NCBI GenBank assembly: GCA_964600785.1
Contig: CAZRKH010000126.1
Span: 19,231 to 83,230 of the forward strand
DNA: 64,000 nucleotides
Reading direction: 5' to 3'
From: an uncultured Chitinophagaceae bacterium
GTDB lineage: Bacteria > Planctomycetota > Planctomycetia > Pirellulales > UBA1268
Positions within the stretch are counted from its first letter, which is position 1. Each line of letters begins with the position of its first letter. Below the pieces are notes generated by a model, which worked only from the letters and a program-made list of their open reading frames with translations, was not told where the DNA came from and ran no database searches. Of the stretch, positions 45,831-53,413 are shown in pieces. The position numbers and the translations under genes are program-made.

Positions 45831-45933
45831 GCGTGTTTTCTCCGTTGGTTCGAGTGTTCTGCCGCCGCTCGGGGCCCCGGCGGCGCCAAGTCTATCGGCC
45901 GGCCGGCCGGCTGGGAATCTCCTCGGGGCAAAC

Positions 45934-45967
45934 GCGGAGGACTGGGCTCAGCGGAGGACTGGGCTCA
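45934..45967. repeat. 17-bp perfect tandem duplication including the lptF/G-family stop codon
   Basis: GCGGAGGACTGGGCTCA at 45934-45950 and again at 45951-45967. The second copy contains the TCA (TGA on the minus strand) stop at 45965-45967. Confidence 0.9.
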
Positions 45968-47149
45968 GTTGCGAACCACACGACGCAGCAGCCAGCCACC
46001 CCAGACAACCATCAGCAGATTTCCCACCCAGACCGCCGCCGGCGGGAAGTCGCCCGCCTTGACCCGGTCGATTCCGAACATCAGCAGCGGATAGTAGACG
46101 ACCAAGATCGGCAGGAAGCAGAGAAAGAAGCTCGTCAGGAAGTCGGAGTTTCGCATGCGGATCGCCATCGGGGCCCCGACCACCGCGAAGCAGAGGCAGC
46201 TGAATCCGTTGGCCCAGCGTCGCCACGGTTCCATGCGAATTCGCTGCAGCCGCGACCGCTCCCCCTTGAGCACCTCCCTCTCCCAGGCGACCGCATGCGG
46301 CAGGGCCATGTCGAGGCGGCCGCTGAGCACGGCCATCCCTTGCCGGGCCGCCGCCGACTGGGCCACCGTGTCGATCAGCTTCAACTGCTCCTGCTCCTCC
46401 TCGTCAAACTCGGCCATCGCGATCGCCGAGGGGCTCTTCCGGCCGCCGGCGGTGCGACTCACCGCGTCGAGGGGCACGACACGCTCGATCGAATCAGGGA
46501 AGACGGCCTTCACGTCGCCCACTCGCAGTGTGCCATCACGGCAGATGATCGAGAGGGTCTCCGCTTCGATGTTGCTTTTGAGTTCTGCCTCGGCCGCCGA
46601 GACGGTTACCGGCGGGCTCGTGCCGCCCGGCTGGAAGGAGAGCGTGGGCCGGATCAGTCTCCGCCCGTCGACCGCCTTGACGTTGATCGAAAGCTTGTTG
46701 CTGCTGTAGGACCGCTGCTGACGCAGGCGGCCGTAGATGATCTCCTCGACGCTGCCAACGATCACCCGTCGCACGCCGTCGCGGCCCCATGAGACCGCCA
46801 CGTCGTTGAGCCAGACCGAGACGAAGCTCATCGCCATCGCCATCGCCAGGGCCGGCCAGATCGCCACCAGCGGCGTGATGCCCGCGGCCTTGAGAGCCGT
46901 GATCTCGTTGGTCGCCGACATCCGCCCGAAGACGCTGGCCACCGCGAAGAGCATCGTGCCGGGCACGGCGAACCGCATCGCCTCGGGAAGCACGTACGGC
47001 ACGAGGGTCAGAATCTGCAGCGGCCCGAGGCCCTGCTGCTGGGCCTCCTTGACGAGGCCCACGATGAGCATGAAGAGGGTCAACGCGGTGAGCACCACGA
47101 GAAACACCTGCAGCAGTTCAGCGAGCACGTAGCGGGAAAGAATCTTCAT
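45965..47149 (-). CDS. LptF/LptG-family (YjgP/YjgQ) LPS export permease
   Basis: From the ATG at 47149: MKILSRYVLAELLQVFLVVLTALTLFMLIVGL...VPYVLPEAMRFAVPGTMLFAVASVFGRMSATNEITALKAAGITP is the family N-terminal pattern. A periplasmic beta-jellyroll-sized loop and 3 C-terminal TMs follow. The upstream part of ORF 45965..47587 overlaps the PP2C gene and is rejected. Confidence 0.8.
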   Translation of the reverse strand: MKILSRYVLAELLQVFLVVLTALTLFMLIVGLVKEAQQQGLGPLQILTLVPYVLPEAMRFAVPGTMLFAVASVFGRMSATNEITALKAAGITPLVAIWPALAMAMAMSFVSVWLNDVAVSWGRDGVRRVIVGSVEEIIYGRLRQQRSYSSNKLSINVKAVDGRRLIRPTLSFQPGGTSPPVTVSAAEAELKSNIEAETLSIICRDGTLRVGDVKAVFPDSIERVVPLDAVSRTAGGRKSPSAIAMAEFDEEEQEQLKLIDTVAQSAAARQGMAVLSGRLDMALPHAVAWEREVLKGERSRLQRIRMEPWRRWANGFSCLCFAVVGAPMAIRMRNSDFLTSFFLCFLPILVVYYPLLMFGIDRVKAGDFPPAAVWVGNLLMVVWGGWLLRRVVRN

Positions 47150-47177
47150 GTGGCGTTCTGGCCGTGGACGGCGGCGG

Positions 47178-48542
47178 TCAGGCCGGCCCGTCCCTGAATG
47201 TTTCGTCCCGACGGGCCTGTTCCACCGCGCGGTGGAAGACTCCCAGGCCCGCCGCCAGGGCCCTCGCCGCGCCGGGATAGTCACCTCCTGCCGCGGCCAG
47301 GCGGACCTTCGCGGCATGCTCGGCGACCGTGGTGCGATCGGCCGCGCTGAGCCCCTCGGCGGTGACCTCGAGGCTCGCGACCATGCCTTCGAAGAGTTCC
47401 GGCGACGGGCTGCAGTCATAGGAGCGGTAGGGCCCCTTTCCCAGCCGGTCGTTGGGCCCGAGCTCCCGCACCTCCGGCGGGCGGTGCGACGAGCCGACTG
47501 AGACCAAGAGCCGCAGCAGGGCCGTGGCCGAGACCAACGCGGCGCCGCCGGCGGCCACGGCCAGAGCCGCCTTGATAAACTTGCCACCGCCGATCCACGC
47601 GGGCGGATTACTGTTCATCCCGCCGAAGACGAGGGCGAGAAAGAGCCCGCCGAAGGCGGCCGCCAGCCACGGCCAGGGGACACCGGAGCTGTTGGCGGTG
47701 CTGTTGTCGGTCTCCACAAGCGGCCATCGCTGTTCGGCGGCGGACCTCGAGGAGACCTCCTCGCGACCGGCGCGGGCCACGATCACCGTCACGTTGTCGG
47801 GTGCCCCACGAACCAGAGTCAGCCCCACAAGCGCTTCGCCGGCCTCCTTGGGCGGCAGCAGCGACGTCAAAAGACCGATCTCCTCGTCGGTCACCTGCCC
47901 GGAGAGCCCGTCGCTGCAGAGGATGAAGCAGTCACCCTCGGCCACGGCGTAGGGCCCCTCGAGATCGACCTTCACCGAGGGATGCGGGCCCATCGAGCGG
48001 GTGATGATGTTCTTGGGAGCCGTCGGGGCGGCCTCACCACCCGACTGCTGCCGCTCCCGTTCGAGTTCCCAGACGAGCGAGTGGTCGAAGGTCAACTGCT
48101 CGATCAAGTGGCCATGCACGCGATAGCAACGACTGTCACCGACATGGCCGAGGATCGCGCCCCGCGGCAGGATCACCAGCGCCGTGCAGGTGGTGCCCAT
48201 CCCGCGATACTCCGGCCGCGACTCACCCTCGTCGTATATCTTGGCGTTGGTCTCCTCGATCCCCCGCCGCAACGCCAGCGGTGGCGAGTGGTGGGCCGCC
48301 TTTTGGTAGAACGGCGGCAGCCGCTCCGCGGCGATGGCGCTTGCCTTCTCGCCGGCCGCGTGGGCCCCCATCCCGTCGGCAACAAGGAAGAGCCAGCCCC
48401 GCTGCTGGTACTGACTTGGGCTGGAGGGGGGCAGATCGGACCAGGAATCCTGATTGCAGGCCCGGCGACGCCCGACATCACTCGTCGCGTGGTGTTCGAG
48501 GGTGTTGCCTTTGTCCACGCTCGAACCCTTCGGGTTGCTCAT
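47178..48542 (-). CDS. PP2C-family Ser/Thr protein phosphatase with membrane hairpin and C-terminal domain
   Basis: DVGRRRACNQDS, FLVADGMGAHAAGEKAS, GMGTTCTALV, GHVGDSRCY, ILCSDGLSG and GAPDNVTVIV. Two hydrophobic segments follow (WLAAAFGGLFLALVFGG; AALAVAAGGAALVSATALL), then ~110 further aa. The start is set at the ATG at 48542. Confidence 0.85.
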   Translation of the reverse strand: MSNPKGSSVDKGNTLEHHATSDVGRRRACNQDSWSDLPPSSPSQYQQRGWLFLVADGMGAHAAGEKASAIAAERLPPFYQKAAHHSPPLALRRGIEETNAKIYDEGESRPEYRGMGTTCTALVILPRGAILGHVGDSRCYRVHGHLIEQLTFDHSLVWELERERQQSGGEAAPTAPKNIITRSMGPHPSVKVDLEGPYAVAEGDCFILCSDGLSGQVTDEEIGLLTSLLPPKEAGEALVGLTLVRGAPDNVTVIVARAGREEVSSRSAAEQRWPLVETDNSTANSSGVPWPWLAAAFGGLFLALVFGGMNSNPPAWIGGGKFIKAALAVAAGGAALVSATALLRLLVSVGSSHRPPEVRELGPNDRLGKGPYRSYDCSPSPELFEGMVASLEVTAEGLSAADRTTVAEHAAKVRLAAAGGDYPGAARALAAGLGVFHRAVEQARRDETFRDGPA

Positions 48543-48764
48543 TACCGACCATTCCCGGAAGGCCCGACGTCGAAAGCCCGTCCGAGGATCGGATTCTAGC
48601 GTGGCCGGCGGGGCCAGGCGATACGCAAAAGCCCGGGGGAAAAGAGAGGTCAGATGCTCTGGCAACCCGTTCCGGCGGTCGCTACGGTCTGCCGGAAAAT
48701 GATCTGCCGGTCCATGCCGGGCCGTCGCCCCTCGATGGCCCCCCTCCCCGTTGTCCCGACCGCC

Positions 48765-49331
48765 ATGCCAGTCGCAGCCAACCGCCGCCGCCCGACATCC
48801 GCAGGATGCCTCGCCGTGATTGTCATCGCCCTCGCGGCAGTCGGCTGCGTGCAGCGGAGGATGACGATCCGCAGCAATCCGCCCGGCGCGGTGGTCTACG
48901 TCGACGACTACGAGATCGGCAACACGCCGGTTTCGACCGATTTCGTTTATTACGGCGTGCGGAAGATCAGGCTGGTCAAGGACGGCTACGAAACGCTCAC
49001 CGTGCGACAGCCCTTCCCGCTGCCTTGGTACCAGATCTTTCCGCTCGACTTCGTCACCGAGACGATCTGGCCTTGGGAAATCCGCGACGAGCGGGTGGTC
49101 GATCTGGCGATGGTGCCTGCCGGTGTGACGCCGCCGGAGCAGGTGGTGGCCAGGGCCGAGCAGGCCCGCGCCGGTGCTCGGGGCATCGCCGGACCACAGC
49201 CGACCGCGGGGGCTACAACACCCCCGCCGCCCCCCGCGGTGCCCGCTCAGCCGCTGCCGCCGCCGCTGCCGCCGCAGGGGCCACAGCCGCTTCCTCTCCC
49301 GGGCTCACCGCCACTGCAGCAGGGCCGGTGA
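48765..49331 (+). CDS. PEGA-domain lipoprotein with Pro-rich tail
   Basis: Signal MPVAANRRRPTSAGCLAVIVIALAAVGC (lipobox-like AVGC). The PEGA pattern is IRSNPPGAVVYVDDYEIGNTPV...RLVKDGYETL. The C-terminus is PPPPPAVPAQPLPPPLPPQGPQPLPLP. The start was chosen to give a signal peptide. Confidence 0.6.
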   Translation: MPVAANRRRPTSAGCLAVIVIALAAVGCVQRRMTIRSNPPGAVVYVDDYEIGNTPVSTDFVYYGVRKIRLVKDGYETLTVRQPFPLPWYQIFPLDFVTETIWPWEIRDERVVDLAMVPAGVTPPEQVVARAEQARAGARGIAGPQPTAGATTPPPPPAVPAQPLPPPLPPQGPQPLPLPGSPPLQQGR

Positions 49332-49359
49332 CGAGCTGCCCGTGGAAAAAGCCCGTCAT

Positions 49360-49379
49360 GGCAATCCTGTTCGGCACGA
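49360..49379. repeat. Left arm of a 20-bp perfect inverted repeat
   Basis: GGCAATCCTGTTCGGCACGA at 49360-49379 is the exact reverse complement of 49712-49731. Confidence 0.9.
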
Positions 49380-49694
49380 AACGTGCCGCCCCAGGTGGCC
49401 GGTGTTGGAGAGTTGTTTTTTTCAAAAGGGGACACAAGCGTCCAGTGTGGGTCGGGGTGCCCATGCCCTGTCGCCGGACACTCGCTACGGCCCTCCAGGC
49501 CTTCGCTCGTTCGAAGCTGCCTGCGCTCCGCCATCCATGGCTCCGCTGGCCACAGCCAGCGGCGTCCATGCCAGTTCCGCCACCCGCGTCCGGACCTTGT
49601 CCAGTGTGCTTGCCCGCTGCCGATCGCGAAGACTCTGAATCGAACCCCCCGCTGCCCAGGGCGCAACTTCCCTCAGCTTGCCGGAATTGCCTGT

Positions 49695-50603
49695 CTACAG
49701 GGGAGCAAGCATCGTGCCGAACAGGATTGCCCTCCGTGGCCCCCTGCCCGCGGACGCGGGCGAACAAAGCCCACCTGAACGACACCAGGCGAGCAGCACC
49801 GCCCCCAGCCCCGTCCCGAACAGGGCCAGCGTCGAGGGCTCGGGCACCGCAACGACGAAGCTGAGATTCATGGTGTCTGTGGGGTCGTCCCAGGTGATGG
49901 ATGGGCTGGAGATGTTTTCAGCATTGAGATAGGTGAACTTTGCACCCGTAGTTGTCCCATCACCCTGAAAGGTGGCGTTGGTCATGCCGGTTGCATCGTT
50001 GGCGAAATCCATCAGCGTGATGCTGTAGGAGCCCGCACCTCCGGTGAATGCTGCGAAATCCACCACATAGGTGGCGTTGTGGATGTCGGCTGGGATTCCG
50101 GGGGCGCCTCCGAGGCGGAACGTGCCCGGGGTGAGGGTGGTGAAGCCGGAGGCGCCCAACTGATAGGTAAAGGTATTGAGGCCCTTCTGTTCCCAGTTGG
50201 CCATCGTGGCGATGGCCCCATCGGCAAACGTGATCGAGGCGCCGTACAGATCCCAGAAGGCACCAACCAAACTCGATCCGGAGCCGACGTTGATTGTGCT
50301 GCGAGCCAGGCGGATGACGTTGGCTTGGGTGCTCAGGCTGGAACTACCCGTCAAATTGATGGTGGATGAACTCGGCAGATTGTTTTCATACTCGACCGTA
50401 GCCCCGTTGCCGATGTTCAGCGTGTCTCCGCCGACCGGAGTCTGGCTGGGGTTCCAGTTGGCGGCGTTGGAAAGCAGCGAGTTTCCACCACCCCCGACCC
50501 AGGTCAGCGTGGCCGCGCGGGCGGAAGTGATCAAAGGAAGGACGGCAAGAACGGCGACGGCTATCTGCGGCTGCACAGATTTCACGGCAGATTTCTTGTT
50601 CAT
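49695..50603 (-). CDS. PEP-CTERM-anchored secreted protein with PATR-like N-terminal repeat
   Basis: Signal peptide KSVQPQIAVAVLAVLPLITSARA. ATLTWVGGGGNSLLSNAANWNPSQTPVGGDTLNIG is autotransporter-associated beta-strand-repeat-like. The C-terminal VPEPSTLALFGTGLGAVLLAW is a PEP-CTERM motif plus TM, followed by an atypical 30-aa tail. Confidence 0.75.
   Translation of the reverse strand: MNKKSAVKSVQPQIAVAVLAVLPLITSARAATLTWVGGGGNSLLSNAANWNPSQTPVGGDTLNIGNGATVEYENNLPSSSTINLTGSSSLSTQANVIRLARSTINVGSGSSLVGAFWDLYGASITFADGAIATMANWEQKGLNTFTYQLGASGFTTLTPGTFRLGGAPGIPADIHNATYVVDFAAFTGGAGSYSITLMDFANDATGMTNATFQGDGTTTGAKFTYLNAENISSPSITWDDPTDTMNLSFVVAVPEPSTLALFGTGLGAVLLAWCRSGGLCSPASAGRGPRRAILFGTMLAPL
49712..49731. 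repeat. Right arm of the 20-bp perfect inverted repeat (inside the 3' end of the PEP-CTERM ORF)
   Basis: TCGTGCCGAACAGGATTGCC at 49712-49731 is the reverse complement of 49360-49379. Confidence 0.9.
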
Positions 50604-50666
50604 GATTCAGTGCCCGGAAAGTTCTTGATCGATCGCGACGAACGGGCGACCCCCACCAACGCGTTA

Positions 50667-50695
50667 ATTATAACGCTCCCGGCACGTCTCGGCAA
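50667..50695 (-). promoter_or_regulatory. Candidate sigma70-type promoter for the PEP-CTERM gene
   Basis: The minus strand reads TTGCCG (50695-50690), a 17-nt spacer, then TATAAT (50672-50667), about 60 nt upstream of the ATG at 50603. This is the best -35/-10 match I saw in the window. It is embedded in the near-palindrome GCGTTATAATTAACGC. Confidence 0.5.
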
Positions 50696-50809
50696 CCCGA
50701 TTCCCGGTTTTTGTGCGCGGCCTCATCCAGGCCGTCACACAAGCCTCTCGGCCGCGAGCCGGGGGGCGGCGGGCGGCCTCTGGGAGACACTCAAGGCCGC
50801 TGAACCCGC

Positions 50810-53149
50810 TCATCCGCCGGGCGGTGGCTGACGGAGAGTTGGCTGCACTGCCGGCGGCCCCAGGCCGGCCTTGGGCGGGCGGGCGGGTGTCTCATGGGTG
50901 ACGGGCACCACGCCGTGCTCCTCTTCGGCGGAGGGGATGCCCGCGAGTGGCTTGGCGGCCGGGGCTCGGGACGGGGCTTCCGGCAGAGCGGTTGCGTCGC
51001 CATCGGGCGGGGGCAGCAGTTGCGGCTCGCCGTCGACCGGCATCGCCGGGGCCGGCGTTGGCACTCCCTCGGCCGGCAACGGCTCTTCGCGGGTGGCCGG
51101 GTCGCGGGGCGGCAGCTGCCGCGGCCGGGCATCGGCACCGAGCGACTCGAAGTCTTGGGTGACCGATCCACGGCTGAAGACGCCAGGCTGGGAGTGGCCG
51201 TAGTCGAGGTAGATGCTCGCGTCACGCTGCCGCGCCCGGCGGTGGGCGTCGAAGTAGGCCTTGGCCGGCCAGGGGCCCTCGGCGAGGAAGATGCCGTTGT
51301 ATTCGAGCAGGGATCCTTTGCGGAAGTGGAGCTGTGAAATCGAGCGGTTGTAATCGACCAGGGACCGGGCGTAGGCACTCTCCGCCTCGGCCAGTCGTCG
51401 TTGGGCGTCGAGCAGCTGGTCGAAGGTCACCGTGCCGGCATCGTAGGCGGCCTGCACCGCTTCCACCTGCCGTGCCGCAGCCACGCGGCGGTTGAAATTG
51501 GTCTGGGTCAGGGCGTAGTTGGTATCGACGTTGCGAACCGCCTCGACGAGGGCATGGGAGACCTCGAGTTCCTCGTCCTGCAGCCGAGCCCGCTCCCTGG
51601 CCACCCGCAGCTGGAAGTTGCGGACGGTCGAAAGTTCGCGGCGGAAGCCGATCGGCATCAGGAATTGTGCCCCCACCTGCCACTCCTGGAATTTGCCGCT
51701 GAAGAGCGTGGAGTAGGCGTCGGTGCCGAAGAGCGGGTCGAATCCGCCGGCGTTGTAGGGCTGGTAGTTTTGATTGATGAGGTCCTGGCCCATGCCGAGG
51801 AAGCGGTAGGTGCCCAGCAGGTCGAGCCGGGGCAGGACCAGGTTTTTCGCGGCGATCAGTTCGAGCTCCCGCTGCTTGACACGCCACTTCTGGCGGCGGA
51901 GTTCGGCCGAGCGTGAGAGAGCCTCGACGAGGGCCTGCTGCCAGTCGAAAGCGATCCTGGCGGTGGTCGGTTCGTCGGCTGGACGGATCAATCGCCCGTC
52001 GCTCGCGGAGATGCCCATCATGTACCGCAGGCGGTCCTCGCTGCGGTAGACGTCGGCGAGGGCCTGCTCGACTTCCGCCCGGAAGAAGAAATACTGCTCG
52101 CGGGCCTGGGCCTCCTTGTCGGCCTCACCGCCGCGAGACTGCTCGACGTAGAGGGCGTGTACCCGCCGCCAGGCCTCGAGGGCCGAATCACGGCCGGCCT
52201 TCCGGGCCTCGAGGTTGCGGTAGGAGAAATAGAGCTCCCAGTAGGTCTGCTCCACGTCGCTGACCATGTTGCGGACACCCGCCTCGAAATCGGCCAGCGA
52301 GATGTCGGCGTCGATCCTTGCCAGCAGCACGCCGCGGAAGTTGGGCCGGCCGAAGATGTTTTCGAAGGCGTCGGGCCCGGCGATGCGGTTGTAGTTGAGC
52401 CCTCCGCCCTGCAGCAGCGGCTGGTTGAAGGAGAAGTCGTAGTTGGTCGTCCAGGTCGAGGGCACGATGACCTGCCCGGTGACCGGATCACGCTGGCGGA
52501 TCGGGGAGTTGTTGTTGTCGTAGAAGGTGAGGTTGGAGAAGGTGAAGGTGGCACCGGTGGCGGTGGTCTTGCTGATCGCGGTCTGCCAGTTGCCGGTATC
52601 GCCCTCGAGCTGCTGCTGGAAGATCTGGGTGCCGATGCCGCCGACGTTCTGCGGGCGGCTCTGGCGGTCCCAGGTGAGCGAGGTGGAAAGCTGGGCGTCA
52701 AAGCTGGCAAGGGCGCTTTCAACGCCGCGGAAGGGGTCGGTTTCGGTGACTGCCGGGTCGTAGATCGTGGGCGTCAGTTCGGGCGCGGTCAGCAGCGAGA
52801 CCGGGGGCTCGCCGGTCTGGGGTCGCGGGCCGCCGAAGCTGGCAAAGCGACCGCCGAGGTTGCGGAGCACCTTGCCGTTCTCCAGGGCGATCCGGACAGC
52901 CTCCTCGAGGGAGAGTTCCCAGATCTCCTCGACCTGCGGCTGCGAGAGGGTGAAGGGTTCCCGCGTTCCGGCCGCCTCGGCGAGCGGTTCCTGATCGATG
53001 TCGGGATATTCGAGCTTCTGCACCACGCCGGTGTAGTGCGAGAGGTCGCCATCCTCGAAGAAGTAGAACGGCTGCCGCGGCGCGCACCCGGAAGCTGCGA
53101 GCGAGATGCTCAGAGCTGCCACGCAGGTGGTGCGGAAGGTGCGAGTCAC
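50810..53149 (-). CDS. TolC-like outer membrane efflux protein (OEP family) with Pro-rich C-terminal extension
   Basis: Lipoprotein-type signal CVAALSISLAASGC, with GTG start at 53149. The OEP blocks are LSLEEAVRIALENGKVLR..., LADFEAGVRNMVSDVEQTYWELYFSYRNLEA..., LELIAAKNLVLPRLDL... and the second repeat LRVARERARLQDEELEV...LLDAQRRLAEAESAY. The last ~130 aa are Pro/Ala-rich. Confidence 0.8.
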   Translation of the reverse strand: MTRTFRTTCVAALSISLAASGCAPRQPFYFFEDGDLSHYTGVVQKLEYPDIDQEPLAEAAGTREPFTLSQPQVEEIWELSLEEAVRIALENGKVLRNLGGRFASFGGPRPQTGEPPVSLLTAPELTPTIYDPAVTETDPFRGVESALASFDAQLSTSLTWDRQSRPQNVGGIGTQIFQQQLEGDTGNWQTAISKTTATGATFTFSNLTFYDNNNSPIRQRDPVTGQVIVPSTWTTNYDFSFNQPLLQGGGLNYNRIAGPDAFENIFGRPNFRGVLLARIDADISLADFEAGVRNMVSDVEQTYWELYFSYRNLEARKAGRDSALEAWRRVHALYVEQSRGGEADKEAQAREQYFFFRAEVEQALADVYRSEDRLRYMMGISASDGRLIRPADEPTTARIAFDWQQALVEALSRSAELRRQKWRVKQRELELIAAKNLVLPRLDLLGTYRFLGMGQDLINQNYQPYNAGGFDPLFGTDAYSTLFSGKFQEWQVGAQFLMPIGFRRELSTVRNFQLRVARERARLQDEELEVSHALVEAVRNVDTNYALTQTNFNRRVAAARQVEAVQAAYDAGTVTFDQLLDAQRRLAEAESAYARSLVDYNRSISQLHFRKGSLLEYNGIFLAEGPWPAKAYFDAHRRARQRDASIYLDYGHSQPGVFSRGSVTQDFESLGADARPRQLPPRDPATREEPLPAEGVPTPAPAMPVDGEPQLLPPPDGDATALPEAPSRAPAAKPLAGIPSAEEEHGVVPVTHETPARPPKAGLGPPAVQPTLRQPPPGG

Positions 53150-53320
53150 GTTCCAGGCGCTGCTCAGGGGTGTCGGGTCGATGGGAGGGGTATCGACCGC
53201 CTGAGCCGCAAAACTGGAACAATCGTTACAGCTTCACAGAAGCCGGGCAGGCTGGGAAGGCGAGGGAAGTTGAAAGAAGCCGCTGGGGGCGGGTTCGCTG
53301 GAAACGGCGTACGACTGGAG

Positions 53321-53413
53321 CCGGTGCGGGCCGCAGGAAGAACCGGTGCGGGCCGCGGGAAGAGCCGGTGCGGCCAGCAGGAAGAGCCGGTGCGGGCCGC
53401 ACCGGCCTACGGG
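53321..53413. repeat. 22-bp tandem array (3 half-units) ending in a full REP-like palindrome
   Basis: The units are CCGGTGCGGGCCGCAGGAAGAA (53321), CCGGTGCGGGCCGCGGGAAGAG (53343) and CCGGTGCGGCCAGCAGGAAGAG (53365). They are followed by CCGGTGCGGGCCGCACCGGCCTACGGG (53387-53413), whose stem is GCCGGTGCG/CGCACCGGC. The CTA at 53407-53409 is the TAG stop of the upstream minus-strand gene. Confidence 0.9.

Noticed and set aside
49360-49731. Insertion sequence or transposon
   Set aside because: The 20-bp inverted repeats enclose only 332 bp with no transposase ORF, and I could not see target-site duplications. Autonomous IS is rejected. The MITE-like or structured-RNA possibility is kept as a finding.
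53321-53413. Possible CRISPR array
   Set aside because: The units are contiguous 22-bp repeats with no unique spacers, there are only 3-4 copies, and there are no cas genes in the window. It is a tandem repeat, not a CRISPR array.
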